Shown piece after piece: positions 1 to 12,479 of a DNA stretch of 64,000 nucleotides; position 1 is the first letter of the stretch, and each line of letters begins with the position of its first letter. This DNA comes from Octopus sinensis (taxonomy: Eukaryota): assembly GCF_006345805.1 (NCBI RefSeq), contig NC_043005.1, positions 12,896,001-12,960,000 of the forward strand. Reading direction: 5' to 3'. The translations under genes and the position numbers were made by a program. The notes below the pieces were generated by a model. It had not been told where the DNA came from. It ran no database searches and worked only from the letters and a program-made list of their open reading frames with translations.

Positions 1-239
1 TCTATGTATGTATCTTTGCATGTACGAATATGTATTTGTGCGTGTGTATACATACATTATATGTGTGCGTGTGTGTGTGTGTGTGCGCGCGCGCGTGTGT
101 GTGAATGTATGTGTATGTACAAGTACATACGTGCATACACACATTAATATCTAAGCATATACAAAAATATGAACAAGAGAAGACGGATTGAACAAGCTTT
201 ATTACGAGGTTCCTCACAGAAGTTCCATTGTATGAGGGT

Positions 240-1222
240 AGTGAAGGAACCTGGCATGGGTGGGGCGCTGATCAATTTGGATCAATCAAAATCTTTCGAT
301 AGGGTAGACCATCTCTACTTGGAGGCTGTCCTAAGAGCGGCTGGTTTCGGTCCCGTTTTCCGCGCTTGGATCACCGCCTTATACAGCGGCATCCGCTCGG
401 TATTTCGCGTAAATGGTCATCTGCCCAGACCATTTAACATCACGTGTTCAGTTCGTCATGGATGCCCCCTGTCGTCACCCAGCAATGTGCCGAAAGGAAG
501 CTATCCTTAAAAGGTCAAGCGGAGGTGGCGAACGCGTACATCGCATCCATCCTCGATTACTGTCTGCCCGTCGTGCCTTGTCCCGACCCTACCATCAACA
601 AACTGGAACGCATACTCTTCCGCTTTTTGTGGAAAGGAAACGTTCCGATGGTTAGGCGATCTATTTGCTGTCAACATCCACTAAATGGAGAGCTGGGCAT
701 GCCGTGGTGATGATGCGCAGACATGCCCTGAGACTGCGGCATTTCCGGCGCTTCATAGACTTCGGTGAACAGGTGTGGTCGCCGTTTGTACGGCGCGCTC
801 TCCTGCAGCTTCTCTCCTAGGCTGAACTGCAGTCATGGATCAAACAGAGACCGAGACTAGGCGAATGGCACTGCGAGTGTCGCCTTGCTCTCAAGCAACT
901 CTGCCGTCCGGGAACAAACTTGTGCGACTTCAATTCCACAAAGGCGTTCTATAGAGGATTAGTAGAGGGGAGGTGCGACGACGTTCTCGGGCAGAATCTG
1001 GGCGTCGACGAGGAACACCTGATCCGCCTGTTCAGGACAACTATCGGGCCGAGACCTATGGACAATCACCAGAGATCCCTGGCATGTCGGTGCTATCGAG
1101 AAGCATTGCCCGTTCGGGATAAGGTCTACAGGCACGGTTCGAGACACACCGGACCGACTTGCCCGAGATGCGATCGGAGCGACGAAACTGTTCTGCACGC
1201 ACTCGTGCAGTGTCCAACCATT
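240..1222 (+). mobile_element. Tx1/L1-clade LINE ORF2 fragment (RT to C-terminal zinc motif), decayed
   Basis: LINLDQSKSFDRVDH, SVRHGCPLS, LFRFLWKG..GELGMPW and CPRC..ETVLHALVQC, spread over three frames. Confidence 0.88.
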
Positions 1223-1670
1223 TCGTTATATTTATATAATAAAACTAATTAAGAAAATGTTTTCTCTTCACGTTTTTCTAGTGTGTATAAATATGCATTT
1301 TTGTAATTATTAAATTGTATTTTCTTATAGCGGTTAAATGAACACGAAGATAATATTATACATACATGACGCTAATATTCGTTAGCGTTCCGTAAAGTAT
1401 ATTTCTCTATGTCGTTACAAACTGTAGTTCGGATTTGCGTATAATGATAACACTTAAGTTATAAGTGACGTTTTAATCATTATATACACCCTTACTTAAA
1501 AAGCCAAATAAAATAATCTATTTCCAAATAGGAAACACAATAAATAGCATTGCATAACGTAAACAAAACTAATTAGAGAATATACGATATAATAATAACA
1601 TAAGAGAAGGCTCATGGTAGCCTAAAACCGCTAAAGGAAAAACGGTATTATCTACCGTATTATCTATCTA

Positions 1671-1901
1671 AGGCGGCGAGCTGGCAGAAACGTTAGCACA
1701 CCGAGCGAAATGCGTAGCCGTATTTTGTCTGCCATTACGTTCTGAGTTCAAATTCTGCCGAGGTCGACTTTGCATTTCATCCTTTCGGAGTCGATAAATT
1801 AAGTACCAGTTACACACTGGGGTCGATATAATCGACTTAATCCGTTTGTCTGTCTTGTTTGTCCTCTCTGTGTTTAGCCCCTTGTGGGTAGTAAAGAAAT
1901 A
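1671..1901 (+). mobile_element. tRNA-derived SINE family A, tail-a variant
   Basis: GGCGGCGAGCTGGCAG head, GAGTTCAAATT B-box, CATCCTTTCGG.GTCGATAAATTAAGTACCAG core, tail ending GGGTAGTAAAGAAATA; GGTATTATCTACCG on both sides (1644-1657, 1902-1915). Confidence 0.9.
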
Positions 1902-1915
1902 GGTATTATCTACCG

Positions 1916-2426
1916 ATGAGACATGGTGTTGTAGCTAGGACACTCTATAATGAAATCCGTGGGAAGGTTAATCCCGAGGACAAAGAAATAAAAACCCACA
2001 ATATGGTACAAGGCATAGCCACACATAATAAAAAAGGAATACTGGTGGAATGTATCAGTAAAGGCTTCAATAAAATGTATGCACAACACACCTGATATTA
2101 TGATTTGGTATAGTGAAGAGAAACTGTGCACAGTTGTGGAAACTAGCTGCCCGGGGGATGTTAACATAAAGCTGGAGATCAATGAAAAAGAGAACATCTA
2201 TGCTGAATTATTGAGGAATCTGCAATTAGTCTATCCAGATTACAAGTTCAGGTTTATACCTGTAATTATTGTGGTCCTGGGATATGTAACACACTACCTA
2301 AATACCAATCTTGAGAAATTAGGCTTCTCAAAACGAGAAAGGAGAAAGCTAATTCGAAGACTACTAATCCAATCCATCCCCGGAACTGTAAAAATCTGTA
2401 AAACTTTCCAGAAGTTTATCATTTAA
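1916..2426 (+). mobile_element. 3' fragment of an RLE-type (R4/Dong-like) LINE
   Basis: RHGVVA..EYWWN..HNTPDIMIW..VVETSCP..KENIY, a PD-(D/E)xK-type endonuclease signature; followed by a 3' UTR and CATA repeats. Confidence 0.8.
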
Positions 2427-2652
2427 ATATATATGAGCATGTCTATAGATGCAACTATATGCATGAAAATACATGCATAAAATATACAATTTTGCACATA
2501 CATACATACATACCCTGCTGTTGATGTTGAAATTCCAATGAAGGAGTCTTGAATTAAGGTTAGAAACCGGTTTTTTCTCTATTGGCAAGAAAACTTGAAA
2601 TAGATTGAATAATGACATACGTACATACATACAGACATACATACATACATAT

Positions 2653-2696
<44 letters not shown>

Positions 2697-2700
2697 ATAT

Positions 2701-2823
2701 GTCACCGTGATCACCGTGATCGACCAGGCTATCAGATGTTGCAGCACATCGCTGGTCACAATGCGCTTCGCATTGTTTTAGTCTTCAAATGACGCCACCC
2801 CGCTGGTTAAGCGAGCAGGCCAA
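2701..2823 (-). mobile_element. 3' tail fragment of SINE family C (alternative tail)
   Basis: Reverse complement matches 49598-49708. Confidence 0.8.
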
Positions 2824-3246
2824 TATATATAATTCGAATAAGTTATCATTATCTATAAAAATAATGATAAAGTGGCCAGGAAACTTTATTCAAATAAGCA
2901 TTATCTATAATAAAAAGTCAGGTACGATAAGTACCTGTTTGCTTGAAAGAGGAGTTAAAATCTTTCCAAACCACTCGTCTCTCACTAAACGTAAAAACGC
3001 ACGGGGAATGTAGCAAACATATTTCTCCGAAACAGTCCTCCTATTTGTAAAATACGCATAGTAAAATACAAATAAGATCATAGACATTGTGGGATCAATT
3101 GACTTCGCCCTCTGTATTTTATGAAGGCATTTAACAAATAGGATGAATGTTTCCTACGTTTAATGAAATATGAGTGGTTTTGGAGAATTTTAACTGCTAT
3201 TTCAGCAAACAGGTACCTATCGTATTCTGACTTTTATATATATATA

Positions 3247-3292
<46 letters not shown>

Positions 3293-4300
3293 ATTATTTG
3301 TATGTGTGTCTATGTGTGTATTCGTGTGTGCATCTATATAAATATGCATATACACATATATAGATACATGCATATATATACATATATATGTATGCATATA
3401 TACATATACATATATACATGCATATATATCCATGCATATATATCCATAGACAAACACGTACATGCACATCCATACACAGCCACAACCATATACACATATA
3501 CATGTTTGCATACATGTATACTTAAACGCACAGATAAATATATATACGCGCGCGTGCGCGTGTCTGTGAGTGGACTGTGTACGAGTATAAACATGTGTGT
3601 TTGTGGTGTGAATTCATTAGCGTTAGTGTGTCTGTCTATAGTTGATATTTGCCACGTCACGAAAACTGCATGGGTGCTCGCCATTTTAAATGCAACGCAT
3701 TAAATCCGCCATATTGCTTTCCGTTATGAAAGTTGCGAACGCCGCAAAATGAATTTGCATAAAGTGAAAATCTTTCTACCGACACTCTTCTGTCGTCACG
3801 CTGTAACACTTTATATACAAGCATACATGCATACATGCACACATACATACATACATACATACATACATGCATTCACACATATATACATACGTACATACAT
3901 ATATACATACATACATACATACATACTTACATACGTACATACTTACATACATACATACACACATCCACACATACACACATACATACATACATACATACAT
4001 ACATACTTACATACGTACATACTTACATACATACATACACACATACATACACACATACATACATACACACATTTTCATATACACACGCATACATAAACAT
4101 ACATATATATATATATATATACATATGTATATATATGTATCTATATGTGTATATATATGTATATATATGTATATATGTATGTGTATATATATATGTGTGT
4201 ATTTGTATGTATATATATATGTGTATATGTATGTGTATATATATATATATAAATATATATATATCTATGTGTACACATATGTGTGTGTGCGTGTGTGTGA

Positions 4301-4598
4301 AGGCGCGAGTCTTAGTGGTTAGAGCAGTGGTTTTCAACCAGGGTTCCGCCAGTACAGTCCAGGGGTTCCGCAAGAAGTTACAAAACTGCTAAAATCGGCA
4401 GTAATTTTTAATTCTCCTGTGCAGATATGTGTGCATAAGACTATCAAATTATTGCACAGGGGTTCCTCGAGCCAGTGGAATGTTTCCTTAGGGTTCCGCT
4501 CCAGCAAAAAGTTTGAAAAGCACTGGGTTAGAACATTAGGTTCACGATCGTAAGGTTGTGAGTTCAATTCCCAGTGACACGTTGTGTCCTTGAGCAAG
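4301..4598 (+). mobile_element. SINE family D head interrupted by a hAT MITE
   Basis: After removing 4325-4525 it matches the head of the 27944-28282 copy (AGGCGC..AGTGGTTAGAG..CACGATCGT..TGTCCTTGAGCAAGAC). Confidence 0.8.
4325..4525. mobile_element. hAT-type MITE (201 bp)
   Basis: TIR CAGTGGTTTTCAACC / CAGTGCTTTTCAAAC; 8-bp TSD GGTTAGAG / GGTTAGAA. Confidence 0.9.
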
Positions 4599-4759
4599 AC
4601 CGAATCAGTCTTTTGAAACCTGCTACATTATATCTCATCTCTTACGAACGAAATCTCTCTGAACCTCTCAACTGTCGATATACTAGTCTCGTTTCTAACA
4701 TCACAAAGGTGACAGAACCATTCGTCACCAATCAACTTTTCCAACATCTTGGCCCCTTT

Positions 4760-5250
4760 TCCTCTTATGTCTCCGACTTCACAAGTCCAGCACTAATTAC
4801 TCTTCCCAGTCTTCCTTCCCAGGACATTATTCCTTGTAGCTCTCCTGCACGAGTTCAATGTTCCATTAATGGCAACAATCCCATCGGCATATGACAGAAG
4901 GCCTGTGAAGGTCATAGGCACACCTGCTTTCTCCAAACCCAGCAATTAAACAGAATCCATAACAGAACAGCTTCTATGTATCTAGATGTATCAAGATCTG
5001 CATTGCTATGTCACAACTAGTCCTCAGGGCTTCAGAAGTTCGATCGAAAGTAGAGTTTTCATTTGAACTAACCATTTCAAATGTTCCTTTCTCGAAAAGT
5101 CAATCGTCTCCAATTTCTTTTGAGCCTGTTTGTTTTTCCTGCAAAATTCCTATTTTTTGTTGGCTCAATTCTAAGGATAGAGGGCAGTACCTATGGCTCT
5201 TTTCAGGTCTTATGAGACTGGTGGAAGTTTAGAATGTTAAACTGGGTAAA
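4760..5250 (-). mobile_element. Highly decayed LINE RT remnant
   Basis: LSYADGIVAI resembles a YADD motif; little else is recognisable. Confidence 0.3.
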
Positions 5251-5309
5251 AGATTAAGTCAATCACTATTTATGAGACAAGGAAAGATCATTCATTAAAA
5301 ATAGTTCAC

Positions 5310-5671
5310 GTGGCTGTATGGTAAAAAGTTTGCTTCACAACCAGATGGTTTCAGGTTCAGACACACTGCGTGGCACCTTAGGCAAGTGTCTTTCTACTAT
5401 AGCTTTGTGAGTGGATTTGTTAGACGGAAACTGAAAGAGCCCCTCGTATATACATATATATATATTTATATGTGTGTGTGCATTTGTTCCCCGGCACCGC
5501 TTGACAACTGGTGATGGCGTGTTTACGGTTCGGCAAAAGATACCGATAGAATAAGTACCTGGCTTTACAAGAAAAAAAATTTAATAAGACTGGGATCGAT
5601 TCATACTACTAAAATTCTTCAAATCGGTGCTCCAGCATGGCTGTAGTCTAATGACTGAAACAAGTAAAAGA
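5310..5671 (+). mobile_element. SINE family B (internal microsatellite, CR1-like tail)
   Basis: Matches 21064-21511; tail GGTGCTCCAGCATGGCTGTAGTC..TGACTGAAACAAGTAAAAGA. Confidence 0.85.
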
Positions 5672-5850
5672 TTGCTTCTTTTTATTTACGGGTTGGGGCA
5701 AGTGAGTACTCCCGCTTGGCCACAACCAGCTTACTAACTCTAGTAAGAGAATACTAACACAAAATTACGAGTGCACGCACACATACAAATGCATACCTAG
5801 GTAAATCGATTGAGGGCCCGACGCTCTTACCACTGAGCCATATGCCTTTA

Positions 5851-7582
5851 CTACTTTACTTCGCTGAATTAGAGCTGAAGAAACTGAGTCGAGGCAGCGT
5901 CATGCGGCTGCAGGGAACCAAAACTATGTTAACTCTGCCCCTGCACTTTAAAGGAAGGTATGAAATGCCCATCTCGTATGATGTTGGCGCCGAAGGAAGT
6001 CATTTGGAACGCGCAGTTTTAGGCACGCGTCCACTTGAGAAAGTCATGAGAATAAGGAAACGTCCCTGTCAAAAGATCAGTCAAAGGGGCTGGAGGATCT
6101 CGTAGAAGAGGTACTGTAACATTACCGTTGGAACAACATATGCCGGGAGTTTCTCCAGGTCACTTTTAGCTTCGCAAAATTGGCAGATTGTGGGCATGCA
6201 GCCTATCTGAACGTCAGGGCGATTACTGTAGTCAATTGTAGGATCGTAGTTGAATGCTGTCATTGACCAACCCGTGGAGCATGGCCTTGAGTAGGAACGT
6301 CGTGCAGCCCTTCGCTGAGTTATAGCCTCCAGTCGTTGTTGTCTTTCCCCTGTAGTCACCGTAGCGCGCAGCAGCAGCAGTTGCTGCAGCATCTCTTATA
6401 AGTCGAACTGCGCGTTGTGCTGCAGACTCTGCAGCTCGTGCAGCAGCAGTTGAGGAAGCGTATTTTGTATGTGGGTTTGCGGTCTGCAGTCTCTGCAGCT
6501 CATGAAACAGCAGTTGAGGAAGCATGTCTTGTAAGTCGATCTGCGCGTTGAGCTGCAGTCTCTGAAGTTCGTGCAGCAGCAGTAGAGGAAGCATTTCTTG
6601 TTCGGCGTGCTGAACGTTGCTCATTGCTATGGGCGGCTCGTTGCGCAGCAATACGTGCTAACCGATCACAACGCTGCTCTTCACTTTCCCTTCTTTGCGC
6701 TGAAGCCATCCTAAGTGCATTGAGAGAGTTCCTCCTGGCGGCGTCCTCGGCAGATTCATTTGTACGCATACGTTTCTTTTCTTTGCAGCACTCGTTTGCC
6801 AACCTATATTGGATCTTTTGCGTCGAGGCATGGTGGAAAATTATCAATTTACGCAATAGAAAAAGTCCTAAGGAAAAAGCGGTGAATGTGTAGCACCCAA
6901 AAAATAGTAAAATGTAGTTGGCAAAAATGTTAATAAAACAGACCGAATTAAGGATTTTAAATTTTGGGTAAGAGTTTTGAAGCGGCTAGTTTAAGTTGGA
7001 ATAATTATACGTGAAAACAGAGGAAGATCGTTACTCGCAAATGAATACTGTTGGCAGTACTGTGCAAGCAGTCGATAACAGCTGCCACGGCTGGCAAAGT
7101 AAAGTATTGATTTTTTCCAGTTGGGGGTGTGTGTGCGTGTCACGTTTCTTCGCTCGCTCAAACCAAATCCTAGGCGAATTGAGAGTAGTCTATTTATGTC
7201 GGGGGCGCGGAATTTCGAGGAAAAAATTATGAGAGAAAAGCGTCCTAAGTCAAAGAGAGCACACATGTCAAATTTGGTGAAATTCGGTTGAAAATTGTAG
7301 GAGTAGAAATGGTTCGCACAACACTCACACAGACAGACAACTTGCTTTTAATATATAAGATCAAACGCGTACCGTTGCATAGACGTGGTGGGTTCAAATC
7401 CTAGGCGAATTGACAGTATTCTATTTATGTTGAGGGCGCGGGATTTCGAGGAAAAATTGTAAGAAAAAGGGTCCTAAGTCAGAGCACACATATCAAGTTT
7501 GGTGAAATTCGGCTGAAAATTGTAGGACTAGAAGTGGTTCGCACAACACTCACACAGACAACTTGCTTTTTAATATATAAGA
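5851..7582 (-). mobile_element. 5' portion of an autonomous Helitron (pseudogenised Rep N-terminus)
   Basis: STPR-like repeats (SETAAQRADRL, ESAAQRAVRL), then IGCMPTICQFCEAK..GETPGICCSNG..NCAFQMTSFGA..PSFKVQGQ..GSL..FLQL; 5'-TC termini at 7582 and 7360; cut off by a SINE head at ~5847. Confidence 0.88.
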
Positions 7583-8271
7583 TATACTGGCAAGAAAAGT
7601 TATTATTTTCAATCCTTTCTAAAACTGTTAGCTAATACTTTCTAGTAGTGCTTAGTAGACGGAAATGCATCAATAAACAACAAGGAGAAGAAGCTTGCCT
7701 ATTTAAAGTTGACTTTTCTAGAAAGATTTCTTTTCTCAGTTAAATCATAAAATCAATAGAATATTATTCCTGGATGTATACATAGAAATAGTTTCAGGCT
7801 AAGAACTTTTATTTCTAAACTTAGAGCTAAATACGTTTTATCACCTAAGTCTCTGATGCTTGTTTTTTTTATGTGAGTGGCCAAGTAGATCAGTGAGTTA
7901 TTTGGAAATAAAAGTTCCGAGTTCACACGCACTGTAGTCCTTTGTACAAGTCCAGGAATAAGAGGCCTAATCTCGATAAGATACCAAACCAATTAAACTG
8001 GCTCAAACTATTGATTTCTTACATTGGTAGAGAACCTCACAATTTGGAGCAGCTATATATTCAATAGTTTCATCAGTGCTGGGCTGGAACTTATATCAAC
8101 TTCGAATGGTAAAAGCCTAAATGGACACCGGAGATATTTTAACTCAGAAAATAAGTCTTTTGTCACAATATTTCAAAGTGTTTTGTCTAAACACACTTCC
8201 GAGCCAAGCATAGTCATTTCTCCCCCGCAGCGCGAATACTGTTAAACAACCGTCCTGGGCTACATATTGGT

Positions 8272-8463
8272 TTCAAACTTTTGGCACAAGGTCAGCAATT
8301 TTAGGAGGACGAGGGAGTAAGTCGATTACATTAACCTCAGTGCGTAACTGGTACTTATTCTATCGACTCCGAGAGGACGAAAGGCAAAGTCAACCTCGGC
8401 GGAATTTGAACAGAGACCGTAAAGACGGACAAAATGGTTCTAAGCATGCTAACGATTCTGCCA
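8272..8463 (-). mobile_element. SINE family A, tail-b variant, diverged
   Basis: Family A core plus tail AATTGCTGACCTTGTGCCAAAAGTTTGAAA. Confidence 0.8.
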
Positions 8464-8626
8464 AATGTTGATGTAAATATTAATAATTTTTCTCCTAAAC
8501 AGTAATCTTTAAAATGACACATTTCAGATATCTAAACATTAAATTTCACAATGACCTCTACGAACGCATACACACGCGCGTGCACGCACACACATACGCA
8601 TACAAATACATGTATGTATTACATAC

Positions 8627-8699
<73 letters not shown>

Positions 8700-8896
8700 G
8701 GAAAGTTTACGAAAATAAACAAAAGACGAAGGCAGGTGGAGTACAAACAAACAAATGTATTAGTATAGCGCTCAGGAATAGAAAAAGTCTTTTACATTTC
8801 GAGCCTACGGTCTTCGACGGAAAGATACACAGGAAAAAACAAGGAGAGAAAAAAATGCGTGTAGGAGCTAACGATCTATCATGGCGTCCTGACTTC

Positions 8897-8919
<23 letters not shown>

Positions 8920-8927
<8 letters not shown>

Positions 8928-9430
8928 ATAAAACTGTAGTTGTGTGAGTGTCTGTCCCCTTCGATTTAGATTCCTAACTACTCCCACATTTTGCGGTGCA
9001 GTTTAACCAAATTCGGGTATCTTATAGTCGTGATTCATATCGAGCCCGTCTGGCTATTAGCGCGCGTCTCCGATGAGTCTACGATTTTAAAAATAATTTA
9101 ACATAATTTTTTATTCCATTTTAATGCATAATTTTTCGTGTGTCGATGGCGGCGGAGTTGGCGTCCATGGTCACACCTGCACCTGTTTGCTTCTCCCCCT
9201 TCTTCCCTCCCTCGTGAAGCTGTGGGGAAGGGAGTATAAGGAAATCAACGTCGTAAAGCGTTGTCAAGGAGACCAGCGTTCTTTTAGAACAACGACTTCA
9301 TGGCTTGAAGACACCAAAACAGAAATGGCTAAGAAAGCCCGAATTGGCATCTATAAGGGAAGTAACTCTCTAAAAATGCTTATATAGTTATTTCCCTTAC
9401 AAACCCGAGCAACGCCGGGCGATACTGCTA

Positions 9431-9431
<1 letters not shown>
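8920..9431 (+). mobile_element. Non-autonomous Helitron
   Basis: 3' hairpin CCCGAGCAACGCCGGG followed by CTAG|T; 5' end buried in (TA)n; shares blocks with 21724-22123 and 42274-42657. Confidence 0.85.
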
Positions 9432-9467
<36 letters not shown>

Positions 9468-9668
9468 GTAAAAAAATACAAACTGGGACAAGAACGTAAA
9501 ACATTTAGAAGACGATACAAAAAAACACCGACATTCGAAGCCTTCAATCTTCAGTCGGAAACCGGATCATCTTCGCAATTTCGGCTGATCAATCTTGAGA
9601 TTGCTCCGATCTGGCCAGCCCCAAAGGAAATCTAAGCCAAGCGCATTAGATTCCTTGGAAGAAAGCCT

Positions 9669-9714
<46 letters not shown>

Positions 9715-9829
9715 TACATACATATATAAAAGTTCATACACACACATATACATATATACACATATACATACATACACACACACACATATACATATATGTA
9801 CATACATAGTTACATAGATACGTTCTTAC

Positions 9830-9860
<31 letters not shown>

Positions 9861-9961
9861 CTACATACATGCGTACGTACGTACATACATACATACATAC
9901 ATACATACATACATACATACATACATACATACATACATACATACATACATACATACATACA

Positions 9962-10835
9962 CAGGGTGCCATGGGTGAATTGTCTAAATTATGCAAAAAT
10001 GAAAATAACACTGACATCTCATTTTAACAGATATATTTACCAAAATTGCATTAAAATATCTTGAAATTCTAAAGAGTAAATTTATTCAATAAAATTGCCA
10101 TTGGCTTCAACAACAGACGACTTCATCTCCTGCAACTCTTCTGGACGGTCTTCTTGTTTAAGTTGGTGAATACTGCCATAATCCTTGCCTTCACTTCATC
10201 TCTGATTTTACAAGGAGTGTTGTTAGTTTCTCGCACAACTGCGCCTCGCACATAATAATCAAGAGGGTTGCAGTTTAGGGAATTTGATGACTAGATGTTA
10301 GGGTTGACGTGGTCGCAGAAATTGTCTGACAACCATGGCTGGGTTCTTCTGCTTGTGTGGCATGGTGCAAAGTCCTGTTGCCAGACATAAGGTCTTCCAG
10401 CAGCCACCCTCTTGACCCAGGGCAACACTACCTCCTCCAGGCACTTGATGTAGGCCTCCGTGTTGAATATGAGGACTTGTGGGAAGATGAATGGAGGCAT
10501 AACTTCGACATCACTAGTGATCACTCCAAACACCATGATGTTAACTCATAATTACCATTAGACTTGTCCAACTCTTTCCGAATCCTCTGCACTGTTTTCA
10601 GATTGACACCCAAACACTCTGAAATATTCGTAATGGAGCTTACTGCGCAAATGCCAAGCCGTTACAGCACGTCGTTTCAAATTCTGGCAGAGTGAATGGT
10701 GTCATGGTGCTGTTTTTCTCACAGACGGTGCTCAACTGACCTACTATATAGTGCAGCCGACAAAATCAAAACCAAGCAATTCGCATGCGCGAAATTAAAA
10801 ATATAAAATGGCTACAATTAAAACATCGCACCCTG
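9962..10835 (-). mobile_element. Internally deleted maT (DD37D) Tc1/mariner element, copy 1
   Basis: TIRs CAGGGTGCCATG..AATTGT / CAGGGTGCGATG..AATTGT; MVFGVITSD..GRPYVWQQD..NPLDY with 37 residues between the second and third catalytic D (one in-frame stop). Confidence 0.9.
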
Positions 10836-10839
10836 TAAT

Positions 10840-10892
<53 letters not shown>

Positions 10893-11137
10893 TACATACA
10901 TATATAAAAGTTCATACACACACATATACATATTACACATATACATACATACACACACACACATATACATATATGTACATACATAGTTACATAGATACGT
11001 TCTTACTTACATACATACATAATACTACATACATACATACATACAGCGCGTACGTACGTACATACATACATACATACATACATACATACATACATACATA
11101 CATACATACATACATACTACATACATACATACATACA

Positions 11138-12005
11138 CAGGGTGCCATGGTTGAATTGTCTAAATTATGCAAAAATGAAAATAACACTGACCTCTCATTT
11201 TAACAGATATATTTACCAAAATTGCATTAAAATATCTTGAAATTCTAAAGAGTAATTTATTCAATAAAATTGCCATTGGCTTCAACAACAGACGACTTCA
11301 TCTCCTGCAACTCTTCTGGACGGTCTTCTTGTTTAAGTTGGTGATACTACTGCCATAATCCTTGCCTTCACTTCATCTCTGATTTTACAAGGAGTGTTGT
11401 TAGTTTCTCGCACAACTGCGCCTCGCACAAATAATCAAGAGGGTTGCAGTTTAGGGAATTTGATGACTAGATGTTAGGGTTGACGTGGTCGCAAAATTGT
11501 CTGACACCATGGCTGGGTTCTTCTGCTTGTGTGGCATGGTGCAAAGTCCTGTTGCCAGACATAAGGTCTTCCAGCAGCCACCCTCTTGACCCAGGGCAAC
11601 ACTACCTCCTCCTGACTTGATGTAGGCCTCCGTGTTGAATAGGAGGATTGTGGGAAGTGAATGGAGGCATAACTTCGACATCACTAGTGATCACTCCAAC
11701 ACCATGATGTTAACTCATAATTACCATTAGACTTGTCCAACTCTTTCCGAATCCTCTGCACTGTTTTCAGATTGACACCCAAACACTCTGAAATATTCGT
11801 AATGGAGCTTACTGCGCAAATGCCAAGCCGTACAGCACGTCGTTTCCAAATTTCTGGCAGAGTGAATGGTGTCATGGTGCTGTTTTTCTCACAGACGGTG
11901 CTCAACTGACCCTACTATATAGTGCAGCCGACAAAATCAAAACCAAGCAATTCGCATGCGCGAAATTAAAAATATAAAATGGCTACAATTAAAACATCGC
12001 ACCCT

Positions 12006-12006
<1 letters not shown>
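11138..12006 (-). mobile_element. maT element copy 2 (part of a ~1.17-kb tandem duplication)
   Basis: Near-identical to 9962-10835 including the flanking microsatellite; differences are mostly 1-2 bp indels. Confidence 0.9.
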
Positions 12007-12042
<36 letters not shown>

Positions 12043-12217
12043 ATATATATATATATTATATACATATACAAATATATACATACATATATATGCAGCATAA
12101 ACATATACATTCATATATACATATATGCATATATACATATCTATTTATCTATCTGACTGTCTGTCTATCTGTCTGTCTGTCTGTATGTATGTATGTATGT
12201 ACATATATATATATACA

Positions 12218-12437
12218 GAGCTGGCAGAAACGTTAGCACGCCGGGCGAAATGCGTGGCCGTATTTCGTCTGCCGTTACGTTCTGAGTTCAAATTCCGCCG
12301 AGGTCGACTTTGCCTTTCATCCTTTCGGGGTCGATAAATTAAGTACCAGTTGCGCACTGGGGTCGATGTAATCGACTTAATCCCTTTGTCTGTCCTTGTT
12401 TGTCCTCTCTGTGTTTAGCCCCTTGTGGGTAGTAAAG

Positions 12438-12442
<5 letters not shown>
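12218..12442 (+). mobile_element. SINE family A, tail-a
   Basis: Matches 1671-1901; flanked by (TA)n. Confidence 0.9.

Positions 12443-12479
<37 letters not shown>

Noticed and set aside
3163-4392. Many YI/HT/CV/MYVC-rich ORFs, here and at 16-17 kb, 35.6-36.2 kb, 44.8-45.5 kb and 49.2 kb
   Set aside because: They are translations of stop-free TA/CA/TATG microsatellites, open in several frames at once
8695-8890. Possible Penelope-like terminal fragments (also 9460-9660)
   Set aside because: Resemblance is from memory only; no RT or GIY-YIG motif visible
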